From NCBI GenBank assembly GCA_050250895.1, contig JBFWNU010000001.1, positions 1,384,008 through 1,448,007 on the forward strand: a stretch of 64,000 bases of DNA. Reading direction: 5' to 3'. Within the stretch, counting starts at the first letter, position 1. The number at the start of each line of letters is the position of its first letter. Source of the DNA: Vulcanimicrobiota bacterium. Its GTDB lineage: Bacteria; Vulcanimicrobiota; Xenobia; Xenobiales; JADMJV01. The position numbers and the translations under genes were made by a program. The notes under the pieces are model-generated. The model saw only the letters and a list, made by a program, of their open reading frames with translations. It was not told where the DNA came from and did not search any database. Positions 30,917 to 41,371 of the stretch are shown here, in pieces.

Positions 30917-32142
30917 CGGATCCTCGCTTTGTCGAGATAGTCTGAAAGGTCGTTGTAGAACCCATCCTGGTTGGCAAAATTGACGTAGTTGCGAGCCCGG
31001 CGTAGCCACTCCATGGTGGACGACTTGGCGCCTTTGAGCACCTGCTCGAAATCGCCCATGCTCACTTCGCGCAGTTCGCCCGAGCGCAGCGCTTCGGCCA
31101 GCGCTTTCTCGGTGGCCATCTCGACCAGGTTGGCCAGATCGGCTCCCGAGAAATGCTCGGTCTGGGCGGCCAGACGATCCCAGCCGATGCCCTGGGCCAC
31201 TTTGCGCTTGCGCGAATGCAGCTTGAGGATCTCGGCTCGGGCTTTGGCGTCGGGGGGCGGCACGAAGAGCACCCGGTCAAAGCGGCCCGGCCGGCGCAGG
31301 GCCGAGTCGACGTTCCAGGGCGCGTTGGTGGCCCCCAGCACCAGCACTTTTTCGTTGTGGGATTGGATGCCGTCCATCTCGGTGAGCAGGTGGGATACCA
31401 TCCAACGGGTCGAGGCGTTATTGATGCTGCTGCGTTTGGCCCCCAGCGCGTCGACCTCGTCGATGAACAGGATGGAGGGCGTGCGGGCGCGGCAGGTCTC
31501 GAACAGTTTGGCCAGGTTCTTCTCGGTCTCGCCGATGTACATGTTGAGCACTTCGCTGAGCGAAAGGGAAAAGAAGTTGGCTCCCAATTCGCCGGCGGTG
31601 GCCCGGGCCAGATGGGTCTTACCGCATCCTGGCGGGCCATAGAGCATGATGCCGCCCCCGATTTTCTTGCCGTAGGCCTCGTAAATCTCGGGCTTTTGCA
31701 TGGGATAGAGGATGTTGAGACGAATTTGCTCCTTGAGTTGCTCCATGCCGCCGATGTCGGTGAAGTTGATCTTGGGCACGCTGGAGGGGACGGGCGGTTC
31801 GGCAAAGTCGCCCTCGACGGTGCCCGAGGTGGTACAGCGCACCGTTCTGGAGGCCTCGAGATCGGCCTCGAGGCTCTCGTCGATCAGGCTCGAATCCTGG
31901 GCGATGGCGGCCCGGTAGTGGTTCTCGGCTTCTCTGGCGTCGCCTCTGGCCAGCGCAGCCCGGGCCAGGGCCAGCAACCCGGTGGCCTGCTGACTGGTCC
32001 CCAACAACGGTTCGGCCACCTCGGCCACCTGATCGTAGCGACGAGAGCGCAACATCTCCTTGACCACGTGAGCCCGCAGGGGAACGTTGTCGGGGGAATG
32101 ACTCAGCGCTTCGAGCAGGGCCTGGAGAGCTTCGTTGTCCAT
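30913..32142 (-). CDS. Single-ring AAA+ ATPase (Vps4/Cdc48-like) with N-terminal TPR-like domain
   Basis: GPPGCGKT Walker A, LFIDEVD Walker B, ATNAPWNVDSALRRPGRFD second region of homology, FSGADL. Confidence 0.93.
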   Translation of the reverse strand: MDNEALQALLEALSHSPDNVPLRAHVVKEMLRSRRYDQVAEVAEPLLGTSQQATGLLALARAALARGDAREAENHYRAAIAQDSSLIDESLEADLEASRTVRCTTSGTVEGDFAEPPVPSSVPKINFTDIGGMEQLKEQIRLNILYPMQKPEIYEAYGKKIGGGIMLYGPPGCGKTHLARATAGELGANFFSLSLSEVLNMYIGETEKNLAKLFETCRARTPSILFIDEVDALGAKRSSINNASTRWMVSHLLTEMDGIQSHNEKVLVLGATNAPWNVDSALRRPGRFDRVLFVPPPDAKARAEILKLHSRKRKVAQGIGWDRLAAQTEHFSGADLANLVEMATEKALAEALRSGELREVSMGDFEQVLKGAKSSTMEWLRRARNYVNFANQDGFYNDLSDYLDKARIR

Positions 32143-32188
32143 GGCGCCAAGACTTCGTTTCTGGCTTGGGCGGAGCCTTCCGGTCTAA

Positions 32189-32234
32189 TTGTTAATCCGT
32201 CGTTCATAAGCCGGTCAACGAGGCGGAGTATGTT
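32189..32234 (+). promoter_or_regulatory. Promoter/operator shared with the first S8 protease
   Basis: TTGTTAA-N7-TTCAT-N14-GGCGG-N2-TATGTT. Confidence 0.65.
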
Positions 32235-32260
32235 TAGGCGAACAAATCGGAGGAACCGTC

Positions 32261-34504
32261 ATGATTTCACCTTTGCGTGCCAACCAGGTCGCACCCTATG
32301 CCCGTCCCGCCGTGGCTCGGGCATCCGCTGCCGAGCCCGCTCCCGCGGCCGATCAGGCCAGTCTGTCGGGTGGCTCGAACCTGCAGAGTCTGCTCGAAGC
32401 CACCGCCCCCGAGGCGGCCTCGCTGGCCGGCAAGCTCGGTCCCCACGAGCCCGGCGAAGTGTTGGTCAAGCTTAGAGGCAGCGCCGGTCTCGAACAGGGC
32501 GGCTTCCTGGAAGACTTCGGCGCCAAGGTCATCCACCAGTTCGAGATTCCTCAACAGATCTTTCAGAGCTTTGACGGACAATTGGTGCAGTTGAAGCTGC
32601 CGGCCGGCATGTCGACGGCCCAGGCCGTGGCCGCCATGAGCAAAGACGCGCGGGTCGCCTATGTCACCCCCAACGACATCTACCAGCTCGACGAGGGCGC
32701 TCAGGTGACTCCCAACGACCTCAATCCCAATCTGTGGTCGCTCAACAACACCGGCCAGAACAGCGGCACCGCCGACGCCGATATCGATGCTCCTGAAGCG
32801 TGGGCCATCACCACCGGCAAAGGCGCGGCCGCCGGCGGCCCGGTCATCGCTATCATCGACAGCGGCATCGACTATAACCACCCCGACCTCAAAGACAACG
32901 TCTGGACCAATCCCCGCGAGACCGCCGACGGCACCGACACCGACGGCAACGGCATCGTCGACGACCTGCACGGCTACAACGCGTATGCCCAGACCGGCGA
33001 CCCTCTCGATGGTCACTCCCACGGGACTCACGTGTCGGGCACTGTGGCGGCCCGCGGCAACAACGAGCAAGGTGTAGTCGGAGTCAACTGGGACGCCCAG
33101 CTGATGGGAGTCAAGATCTTCTCCGACACCGGTAACACCAACGCCGCCGCCATCGTGCGCGGTATCCTCTATGCCACCGCCAACGGGGCCCGCATCACCT
33201 CGAACTCGTGGGGCGGCGGAGCCTTCAACGAGGCCATTCGCGACGCCTTCGCCACCTCGCCGGCCCTGCACATCATGGCGGCCGGCAACTCGGGCACCGA
33301 CAACGACGCGGCCCCTCACTATCCTTCCAGCTACGACCTGCCCAACATCCTGGCCGTGGCTTCCACCGACCGCAACGACCAGCGCTCGAGCTTCTCGTCT
33401 TATGGCGCCAACTCGGTCGATCTGGCCGCGCCTGGCTCGGACATCTACTCGACCATGCCCAACGGTCAGTATGGCGTCAAGAGCGGCACCTCGATGGCCA
33501 CCCCCCATGTGACCGGAGTGGCCGGCCTGATCGCCAGCTACTATCCTGAGGCTACCAACGACGAGATCAAAGCTCGCATCCTGCGCGGTGCCGACAAGTT
33601 TCCCGGCCTCGAGGGCCTGGTGGCTTCGGGGGGCCGCCTCAACGCGGCCAACGCTCTCGACAACGACAGCTTGCCCCCGGCCGCTCCCAACGACTTCGCC
33701 GCCAACGCCTCGGGCTCGCGCCAGGTCAACCTGAGCTGGACGGCTACCGGGGATGACGGCTGGTGTGGCCAGGCCGCCGCCTACGATGTGCGCGTGTCGG
33801 ACCGACCCATCGTGCTCGGTGAGGCCAGCGACGGCCAGGTGAGCTTCGACGAGGCTCAGCCCGTGGCCGCCCTTCGCCCCAGTCAGACCGGCACCGTCGA
33901 GAACGTGGCCATCTCGCTGGTTCCCTCCAGCTCCGAGCGCCACCAGTTCTATGCAATGCGGGTGCTCGACAATGTCGGCAACGCCTCGGAACTGCGCGCC
34001 GCCGAGGTGACCGTGCCGGCCGCCAACCTGGCTTTCGAAGACACCATGGACGGTGGAGCCGAGAAGTGGACCGCCGACGCTGGCTGGGCCCAGGTCGAAG
34101 TGGCCGGGCGCGGTAAGGTCTGGACCGACAGTCCTGACGGGCAGTATGGCAACAACGCCAACACCTCGCTGACCTCCCAGCCGATTTCGCTGGCGCACTA
34201 CACCGGCGCTACCCTGATGTTCGAGGCCAAACACGACCTCGAAACCCGCTATGACAACCTCTATGTCGAGGCCAGCTCCGACGGTCAGAACTGGAGCCGC
34301 TTGCAGGGCTTCACCGGCCGCTCCGACTGGGCCAGCCACCAGCTGGATCTGTCGGCCTTCGACGGCCAGAATCTACAGCTTCGCTTCCGCCTTACCAGCG
34401 ATGGTTCGGTCAATGGCGACGGCTTCCACCTCGATAACGTGGTCATCGCCGGCGACTATCATCCGCCCCAGCCGCCCCCTCAGGACCCCCCTCAGCAGGG
34501 CTAA
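32261..34504 (+). CDS. S8 subtilisin-like serine protease, paralog of 23560..25899
   Basis: IIDSG, HGTHVSG, AAGN, GTSMATP; same domain order and Pro/Gln tail; SD GGAGG. Confidence 0.95.
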   Translation: MISPLRANQVAPYARPAVARASAAEPAPAADQASLSGGSNLQSLLEATAPEAASLAGKLGPHEPGEVLVKLRGSAGLEQGGFLEDFGAKVIHQFEIPQQIFQSFDGQLVQLKLPAGMSTAQAVAAMSKDARVAYVTPNDIYQLDEGAQVTPNDLNPNLWSLNNTGQNSGTADADIDAPEAWAITTGKGAAAGGPVIAIIDSGIDYNHPDLKDNVWTNPRETADGTDTDGNGIVDDLHGYNAYAQTGDPLDGHSHGTHVSGTVAARGNNEQGVVGVNWDAQLMGVKIFSDTGNTNAAAIVRGILYATANGARITSNSWGGGAFNEAIRDAFATSPALHIMAAGNSGTDNDAAPHYPSSYDLPNILAVASTDRNDQRSSFSSYGANSVDLAAPGSDIYSTMPNGQYGVKSGTSMATPHVTGVAGLIASYYPEATNDEIKARILRGADKFPGLEGLVASGGRLNAANALDNDSLPPAAPNDFAANASGSRQVNLSWTATGDDGWCGQAAAYDVRVSDRPIVLGEASDGQVSFDEAQPVAALRPSQTGTVENVAISLVPSSSERHQFYAMRVLDNVGNASELRAAEVTVPAANLAFEDTMDGGAEKWTADAGWAQVEVAGRGKVWTDSPDGQYGNNANTSLTSQPISLAHYTGATLMFEAKHDLETRYDNLYVEASSDGQNWSRLQGFTGRSDWASHQLDLSAFDGQNLQLRFRLTSDGSVNGDGFHLDNVVIAGDYHPPQPPPQDPPQQG

Positions 34505-34871
34505 ACCCATCGGGGTTAAAGTCGAGGCTGGCCGAGTTGATGCAAAAGCGGCGCCCGGTGGGACTCTCGTCATCGTCAAAGACGTGGCCGAGGTGACCAC
34601 CGCAGGCGCCGCAAATCACTTCCAGTCGATGCATGCCGCAGATGGGGTCGTCGCGATAGCCGAGCTGCTCTTCGAGCCCGGCGAAAAAGCTCGGCCACCC
34701 GGTGCCCGAGTCGTACTTGTGAGTGGATTCGAACAACCGCGACCGGCAATCGGCGCAATGATAGCTGCCGGGGACAAAGTGGTAGAGATAGGCCCCCGAC
34801 CCGCCCGGCTCGGTCTGGCCTTCGCGCAAGACCGCTCGCTGCAAAGGGGTCAGGTGAGCAGATGAGGACAT
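34443..34871 (-). CDS. msrB: Peptide-methionine (R)-S-oxide reductase
   Basis: TEP, two CxxC (CADC, CGAC), KYDSGTGWPSF, HLGHVF, RFCINSASL. Confidence 0.93.
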   Translation of the reverse strand: MSSSAHLTPLQRAVLREGQTEPGGSGAYLYHFVPGSYHCADCRSRLFESTHKYDSGTGWPSFFAGLEEQLGYRDDPICGMHRLEVICGACGGHLGHVFDDDESPTGRRFCINSASLDFNPDGFSPAEGGPEGAAGADDSRRR

Positions 34872-35671
34872 GTCTGGTGACTGGAGGTTCGTCTGGCCTC
34901 GGCTATGCCACCTGCCAGGGGTTGGTCCAACACGGTTTTCGAGTGGTGCTCACCAGCCGTGATCCCGACCGGGCCGCCGCGGCCGCGCGTCGCCTGGGTG
35001 CCGAAGGTATGCAACTCGATCTGGCCAGCCTGGCTTCGGTGCGGACCTTTGTTGCCGCCTTTCTCGAGCGCTACTCGAGGCTGGATGTGCTCATCCACAA
35101 CGCCGGCACGGTCGAACCCCGGCGCAGGGTGACCGAAGATGGCTTCGAGACACAGTTTCAGGTCACTTATCTGGCTCCGTTTCTGCTCGACCACCTGCTC
35201 TTGCAGGCGGTTCGACCGGAGCGAATCATCAACGTCGCCTCGGACCTTCATCGCGGCGTCGAACTGGTCTGGGACGACCTTCAGAGCGAGCGCGACTACC
35301 AGTTCGTCAAGGCTTACGGGCGAGCCGAATTGGCCCGCATTCTCTACACCTATGAGTTGGCTCGCCGCTGCCCCGACCTGACCGTCAACTGCCTGCACCC
35401 GGGCGGCGTGCGAACCAGGCTTTTTCGTAACTTTCGCGGACCCCTGGCCTGGCTGCTCTGGCTTTCGGACTGGCTCAAGCAGAGCCCCACTCGCGGGGCC
35501 GCCACCAGCCTGTATCTGGCCACCGCCGACCCCATCGGTAGCGGCGGCTATTACGTAGCCCGCCGCCTGCGCCCGTCTTCGCCCGCCAGTCGAGACCTCG
35601 ACTCGGCCCTGCGTCTGTGGGAACTCAGCTGCCAACTGCTGTCGATTCAGCGGCCCGACTCGGAGTTGTAG
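34862..35671 (+). CDS. SDR family oxidoreductase (retinol dehydrogenase-like)
   Basis: TGGSSGLG, LDLASLASV, HNAG, TEDGFETQF, LHPGGV; catalytic YxxxK appears as YGRAE. Confidence 0.88.
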   Translation: MRTCLVTGGSSGLGYATCQGLVQHGFRVVLTSRDPDRAAAAARRLGAEGMQLDLASLASVRTFVAAFLERYSRLDVLIHNAGTVEPRRRVTEDGFETQFQVTYLAPFLLDHLLLQAVRPERIINVASDLHRGVELVWDDLQSERDYQFVKAYGRAELARILYTYELARRCPDLTVNCLHPGGVRTRLFRNFRGPLAWLLWLSDWLKQSPTRGAATSLYLATADPIGSGGYYVARRLRPSSPASRDLDSALRLWELSCQLLSIQRPDSEL

Positions 35672-36048
35672 ACCGAGATTTTCTCGGCCGAGGTAGCCAG
35701 CCCCGGAGCCGACACCACGGCCTTGACCTCGAAGCTACCGGTGGCGGCGAGTTGGGCCAGATAAACGTTGTTTTCATCGAAGAAATCGCGCGAGACGCGA
35801 AAACCCCGTTGGAGCTTGGTGATGTTGTTCCAGCTCTTGATCTTTTGCCAGCCCTCGTTCTCGTTGGGCCGAGCGTAAAGCTCCACCACGACCGGGCCCC
35901 GTTGGGTCGAAGAGCCGGGGTTTTTGACGGTCACGCGGATGTTGACGTTGTCGTCTTTGCGACGAACCAGAAGGTCCTCGACCACGACCTCGGCCGTGGC
36001 CGGAAGGTGAGCAAATACAAGCAAAAGAGCCACAATCAGATTTCGCAT
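35647..36048 (-). CDS. Secreted Ig/CARDB-like beta-sandwich protein
   Basis: Signal peptide (..PATA|EV), IRVTVKNPG beta-strand pattern. Confidence 0.7.
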   Translation of the reverse strand: MRNLIVALLLVFAHLPATAEVVVEDLLVRRKDDNVNIRVTVKNPGSSTQRGPVVVELYARPNENEGWQKIKSWNNITKLQRGFRVSRDFFDENNVYLAQLAATGSFEVKAVVSAPGLATSAEKISVYNSESGR

Positions 36049-36134
36049 GGGGCTAGAGTTCCTCACCTGCCCGGGGACGACCTTCGAGCCTTTGTTCGCG
36101 AGGAAGACCGGGCCGAGGCTAGAATGGGGGCCGC

Positions 36135-36308
36135 ATGGATAGCAACGACCGTCTCAGAGTTCAAGGCTTTCTTCGTTCTTTCTCTCGTTGGCTGACCTCG
36201 GCCGAAGGCCGCGCGGCCAGCCGCCGGCTCTCCGGCTATCGCCTCTCGGATGTCGACACGGCCAAAGTCCTGATGCGTCACTACCGCCAGCTCCAACGCG
36301 GAGCTTAG
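36135..36308 (+). CDS. Small basic hypothetical protein (57 aa, below ORF-track cut-off)
   Basis: MDSNDRLRVQGFLRSFSRWLTSAEGRAASRRLSGYRLSDVDTAKVLMRHYRQLQRGA; fills the gap and has AGG-N18-GAAT-N9-ATG. Confidence 0.65.
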   Translation: MDSNDRLRVQGFLRSFSRWLTSAEGRAASRRLSGYRLSDVDTAKVLMRHYRQLQRGA

Positions 36309-36787
36309 TGATAGTAGACCCAGGCGAAGCTGCCCAGGGCCGTGAGGGTGGCGGTCACCAGCGTGACCGCGAAGAAAAGGATGTTGACGGCCGTCAAGCC
36401 TAGATAGCGAGCCGCGTTCTTGAGTTCGTTCTTGCAGTTGGTGGTGAAGTCGCCCGGCAACTTCGAGGCGCGGTAGGCGGCCTGCAGCCCGAAGAGTGGC
36501 AAAATCCAGGCCCAGACCGGAGCGAACATGGCCACGATCGATAAGCCCACCACCAGAGAAGCGCGGCTGGTCACCCATTTGTCGACTTCGTGCTCGACCC
36601 CCTCGGGAGCGTCTTCGAGTTCGGCCATGCGAGGCGGGAAAGAGGCCTTGAAATAGAGCCACCACGAGGCGGCGAAGGTGGGCACGACCACCAGCATACC
36701 CCAGTAGCCAAGGCTGGTGGCCAGTTGGGTCGAGAGGATTGAAGCGGCCAGAAGCACCGAGCCGAGGACTAACCAGAGTACGCGCAT
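36305..36787 (-). CDS. Hypothetical membrane protein
   Basis: 4-5 hydrophobic segments; TATAAT 7 nt before ATG 36787. Confidence 0.72.
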   Translation of the reverse strand: MRVLWLVLGSVLLAASILSTQLATSLGYWGMLVVVPTFAASWWLYFKASFPPRMAELEDAPEGVEHEVDKWVTSRASLVVGLSIVAMFAPVWAWILPLFGLQAAYRASKLPGDFTTNCKNELKNAARYLGLTAVNILFFAVTLVTATLTALGSFAWVYYH

Positions 36788-36842
36788 GGTTGACATTATA
36801 CACCTTGGAAGGAACCAGAATCAAAGCTTGGAATCGAGCAGC

Positions 36843-38342
<1,500 letters not shown>

Positions 38343-39500
38343 ATGAGACTGGTCCTGGACCGGGCCAGTCTGCTCTTTGATCAGCATCCGCAGCTCAAAG
38401 CCGAAGGGCTTCCGGCTCGTTGCGAGGTGCGGCTGCGAGCGACCATGGCCGACGATGCTGGCGTGGTATGGGCCTCTGAGGCGACCTTTCTCAGCGACGA
38501 GGCGGGCCAGGTGGATCTTGACCGCGATCCTCCTCTGGGAGGCACCTATTTTGGCCTGAGCCCCCGGGGGCTATTCTGGTCGATGGCTCGACCAGACGAG
38601 TCCAAGCTGGCCTTTGCCCGCAGTTGCCTCGACCCCCTGGTGACTCGCTTCGAGCTGTCTATCGAAGGCGAGACGGTGGCGACGGCCGAGCTCACACGCC
38701 ATGTGTCGCTCGAAGGGCTGAGCCGGCGCCAGACCGAGCATGGGGTGGTCTTCGAGCCAGTCTCACCGCGAGCAGGGTTGGTGCTGATCGGTAGCGGGAT
38801 GGAGGGTTTTCACGAGGATGGGGCCGCTTTGCTGGCCTCGCACGGCTACGCCACCTTGATGCTGCCCCGCCAGCCAGAGCTTGACCTGGTTCTGGCCGCT
38901 CTCGACTGGCCTCATCCGCGCCGACTGTTTCTGGTGGGAAGCGGGCGAGGCGGTGAACAGGCTCTGCTGGTCGCGACCCGCCGACCAGGTCTGGCCGGAG
39001 TGGTGAGTTTCTGCGGCAGCGGCCTGGTCTTTCCCGGCTGGACCGAGCACGGGAAGCCTCTGGATGGGGTGCCGCTAGACCACAGCCTGGCCGTGCCGCG
39101 CGAGCCGCTCTCGACTCGCAAGGTCTATGCCGAGGCGGTGGTGGACCGCCGGGCACGGGATCGGGGGCGCATCCCGGTGGAAAAGTGCGAGGCCCCTTTG
39201 CTGCTGATTTCGGCCGTTGACGATCAGGTCTGGCCATCCTCGGCCTTCTCTGAACTGGTCAATCAGCGGCTGCTCAAGCTCGGTTACGACCACCCCTTCG
39301 CCCACCTGACTTTCGACGGCGCCGGCCACCTGCTGGGACCAGAGGCGGGCTACCCGCATCGACCCACCTCGGGCCTGCTGGGTCGCGACTCGACCACCCG
39401 CATGCGGCTGGCTTACGGTGGCAATCCCAGTCGCCAGGCCCACGCCCAACGCGAGTCGTGGCAGGCTTTTCTAGCCTTTCTCGAGACCCACTCGGCCTGA
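38343..39500 (+). CDS. Acyl-CoA thioesterase/BAAT family alpha/beta hydrolase
   Basis: N-terminal GQVDL..P..GTY.G..P.GLFWSM, IPVEK, DDQVWPS, GAGH; nucleophile elbow atypical. Confidence 0.85.
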   Translation: MRLVLDRASLLFDQHPQLKAEGLPARCEVRLRATMADDAGVVWASEATFLSDEAGQVDLDRDPPLGGTYFGLSPRGLFWSMARPDESKLAFARSCLDPLVTRFELSIEGETVATAELTRHVSLEGLSRRQTEHGVVFEPVSPRAGLVLIGSGMEGFHEDGAALLASHGYATLMLPRQPELDLVLAALDWPHPRRLFLVGSGRGGEQALLVATRRPGLAGVVSFCGSGLVFPGWTEHGKPLDGVPLDHSLAVPREPLSTRKVYAEAVVDRRARDRGRIPVEKCEAPLLLISAVDDQVWPSSAFSELVNQRLLKLGYDHPFAHLTFDGAGHLLGPEAGYPHRPTSGLLGRDSTTRMRLAYGGNPSRQAHAQRESWQAFLAFLETHSA

Positions 39501-39605
39501 CTGCAACTTTTCCTTAGGTGAGCGGTTTCTCTTACAGAGATCTAACATAGGAAAAGCGTGGCTCGTACACCATTCGGGTATGGTGGAGTAGAAAGAGGTG
39601 TTCCC

Positions 39606-40358
39606 ATGAAGTGGAATTGGCATATAGGAAAGATTCTGAATATTGATGTGAAGGTCCATTTGACCTTCCTCTTCTTGCTAGCCTGGATCGCCTTTTCGAA
39701 CCTGATCTCGGGCGGTCCGCTGGGCTCCATGGTCGGGGTGGTGCTCGCTCTGGTGGTGTTTGGCATCGTGCTCCTACACGAGTTGGGCCACGCCATTGCG
39801 GCCCGCTTTCACGGCATCGGAGTCAAGGACATCACGCTCCTGCCCATCGGTGGGGTAGCGCGCCTCGAGCGTATGCCCACCGAGCCCCGGGTCGAGTTGA
39901 TCGTCGCCGCCGCCGGACCGGCTGTGAACCTGGTGCTGGCCGGGCTCGGCGCTCTGCTTCTGTGGGCTCTGCCCGGTGGTATTGTGGCCGTCTTGACCCA
40001 GTGGTTCATCGGGATCAACGTAGCTCTGCTGCTGTTCAACCTGATTCCGGCCTTCCCGATGGACGGCGGACGTATCCTGCGCGCGCTCTTGACGCGTCGC
40101 TACGGGCTGCTGAAGGCTACCGAGAAAGCCACCACGGTGGCTCGTTATGCGGCCGTAGGCCTGGGTCTGCTGGGTCTGGTCACCTTCCGCCTGGGACTCG
40201 TGCTCATCGCCCTGTTCGTCTACTTTTCGTCGGGGATGGAGCTGGCGATTCTGCGCTGGCGCTCGCGGGGAATGTTCACCTTCGACCCGGGCGTCGAGCC
40301 GATGGGCCGCGGCTTTGGTGGCCCCAACCCGATCTTCGTCGTGCGCCGCTGGCGCTAA
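39606..40358 (+). CDS. Site-2 protease, M50 family (SpoIVFB-like, no CBS domains)
   Basis: HELGH, LLPIGG, AGPAVN, FNLIPAFPMDGGR. Confidence 0.93.
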   Translation: MKWNWHIGKILNIDVKVHLTFLFLLAWIAFSNLISGGPLGSMVGVVLALVVFGIVLLHELGHAIAARFHGIGVKDITLLPIGGVARLERMPTEPRVELIVAAAGPAVNLVLAGLGALLLWALPGGIVAVLTQWFIGINVALLLFNLIPAFPMDGGRILRALLTRRYGLLKATEKATTVARYAAVGLGLLGLVTFRLGLVLIALFVYFSSGMELAILRWRSRGMFTFDPGVEPMGRGFGGPNPIFVVRRWR

Positions 40359-40366
40359 CCCCTCTC

Positions 40367-40480
40367 CGGCGCTACGCGCCGGCCGCGGCCAACGGAAATG
40401 TTGGGAACGCACGGCCTGTAGCCGAAACTGGTAGGGGAGCGACGTTCCCCCCATTTCCTACGGCGCTACGCGCCGGCCGC
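40367..40480. repeat. 20-bp direct repeats flanking a 16-bp imperfect inverted repeat (REP/MITE-like)
   Basis: CGGCGCTACGCGCCGGCCGC at 40367-40386 and 40461-40480; GGAAATG-tt-GGGAACG (40394-40409) pairs with CGTTCCC-cc-CATTTCC (40443-40458). Confidence 0.7.
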
Positions 40481-41371
40481 TGGCGCTGACTGGCCCCAGA
40501 GGCGGGTGCGCAGGTCGGCCAGGGCCTGGGACTGGGTCCAGACGACCCGGTCGAGCGAGAAGAGTGTGGGCGCTTGTTTCACCTGTTCGGGTGACACGGA
40601 GCCCTTCTGGATCTGGGCGAAAAGGTGTCCAAAGGCTTCCACCGGCGCTTTGGGGGCCGGGCCGTCGTGGCGGGGGGCCAGGCTAGTGCGAGACAGGGCC
40701 GCCGCCAGATCGAAGACGTAGGTGTAGCCCTCTCTGAGGGTTTTGCCACGTCCCAGGGTCAGCTCGCCTTCCAGCAGTTGCTGGCGGCCTTCCTCGAGTT
40801 TCTCCAGTTGGGCCCAGACGGCTCGAGCGCTGTCGAGGCCGAGCTTCTTCGAGCGCACGCCGACAAAGAAGGCATGAAAGGCGCGGTCGCGAGGCTTGTC
40901 GAGGCTGGATAGTTCAGACGAGGCCAGGGCCGCCCCGGCCTTGTCCAGCAGTTTGCGATAGCCAGCCACCAGCGTGCCTAGAAGGCTATTGTAGCGCGTT
41001 TCTTCGGCCGGCGACTCGAGCACCCACTCGACGGCGTCCAGAAAGTCGTCTAGTTCGAACGGCTTGTAAAGATAGTCCTCGGCTTCGACCTCGATGGCCC
41101 GGGTGGGGGCGTCTTCGCTGGCGTATCCGGTCATCACGATGCTGCGAGCGCGAGGCTGCATGCGCCGAATGCGGGCCAGGCATTCGAGCCCGTCGATGGC
41201 CCCCAGACGGACATCGGCGATGACCAGATCCAGGGACTTGCTCTTGGCCACCTGCAAGGCCTGCTCGGCAGCGGCGGCCTCGAACACTTCGTAGTCTTCT
41301 TCCCGTAGGGCCCGGGCCAGCGAGGGGCGCAGAAAGTCATCGTCTTCGATGATCAGGATCCGTGAGGTCAC
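40466..41371 (-). CDS. Response regulator with uncharacterised helical C-terminal domain
   Basis: IIEDD, IADVRL..DG, MTGY, YLYKPF receiver; no HTH recognised. Confidence 0.88.
   Translation of the reverse strand: MTSRILIIEDDDFLRPSLARALREEDYEVFEAAAAEQALQVAKSKSLDLVIADVRLGAIDGLECLARIRRMQPRARSIVMTGYASEDAPTRAIEVEAEDYLYKPFELDDFLDAVEWVLESPAEETRYNSLLGTLVAGYRKLLDKAGAALASSELSSLDKPRDRAFHAFFVGVRSKKLGLDSARAVWAQLEKLEEGRQQLLEGELTLGRGKTLREGYTYVFDLAAALSRTSLAPRHDGPAPKAPVEAFGHLFAQIQKGSVSPEQVKQAPTLFSLDRVVWTQSQALADLRTRLWGQSAPAAGA

Noticed and set aside
40367-40480. Mini CRISPR array
   Set aside because: Only two 20-bp repeats with a 74-nt self-complementary spacer and no cas genes; kept as a REP/MITE-like element instead
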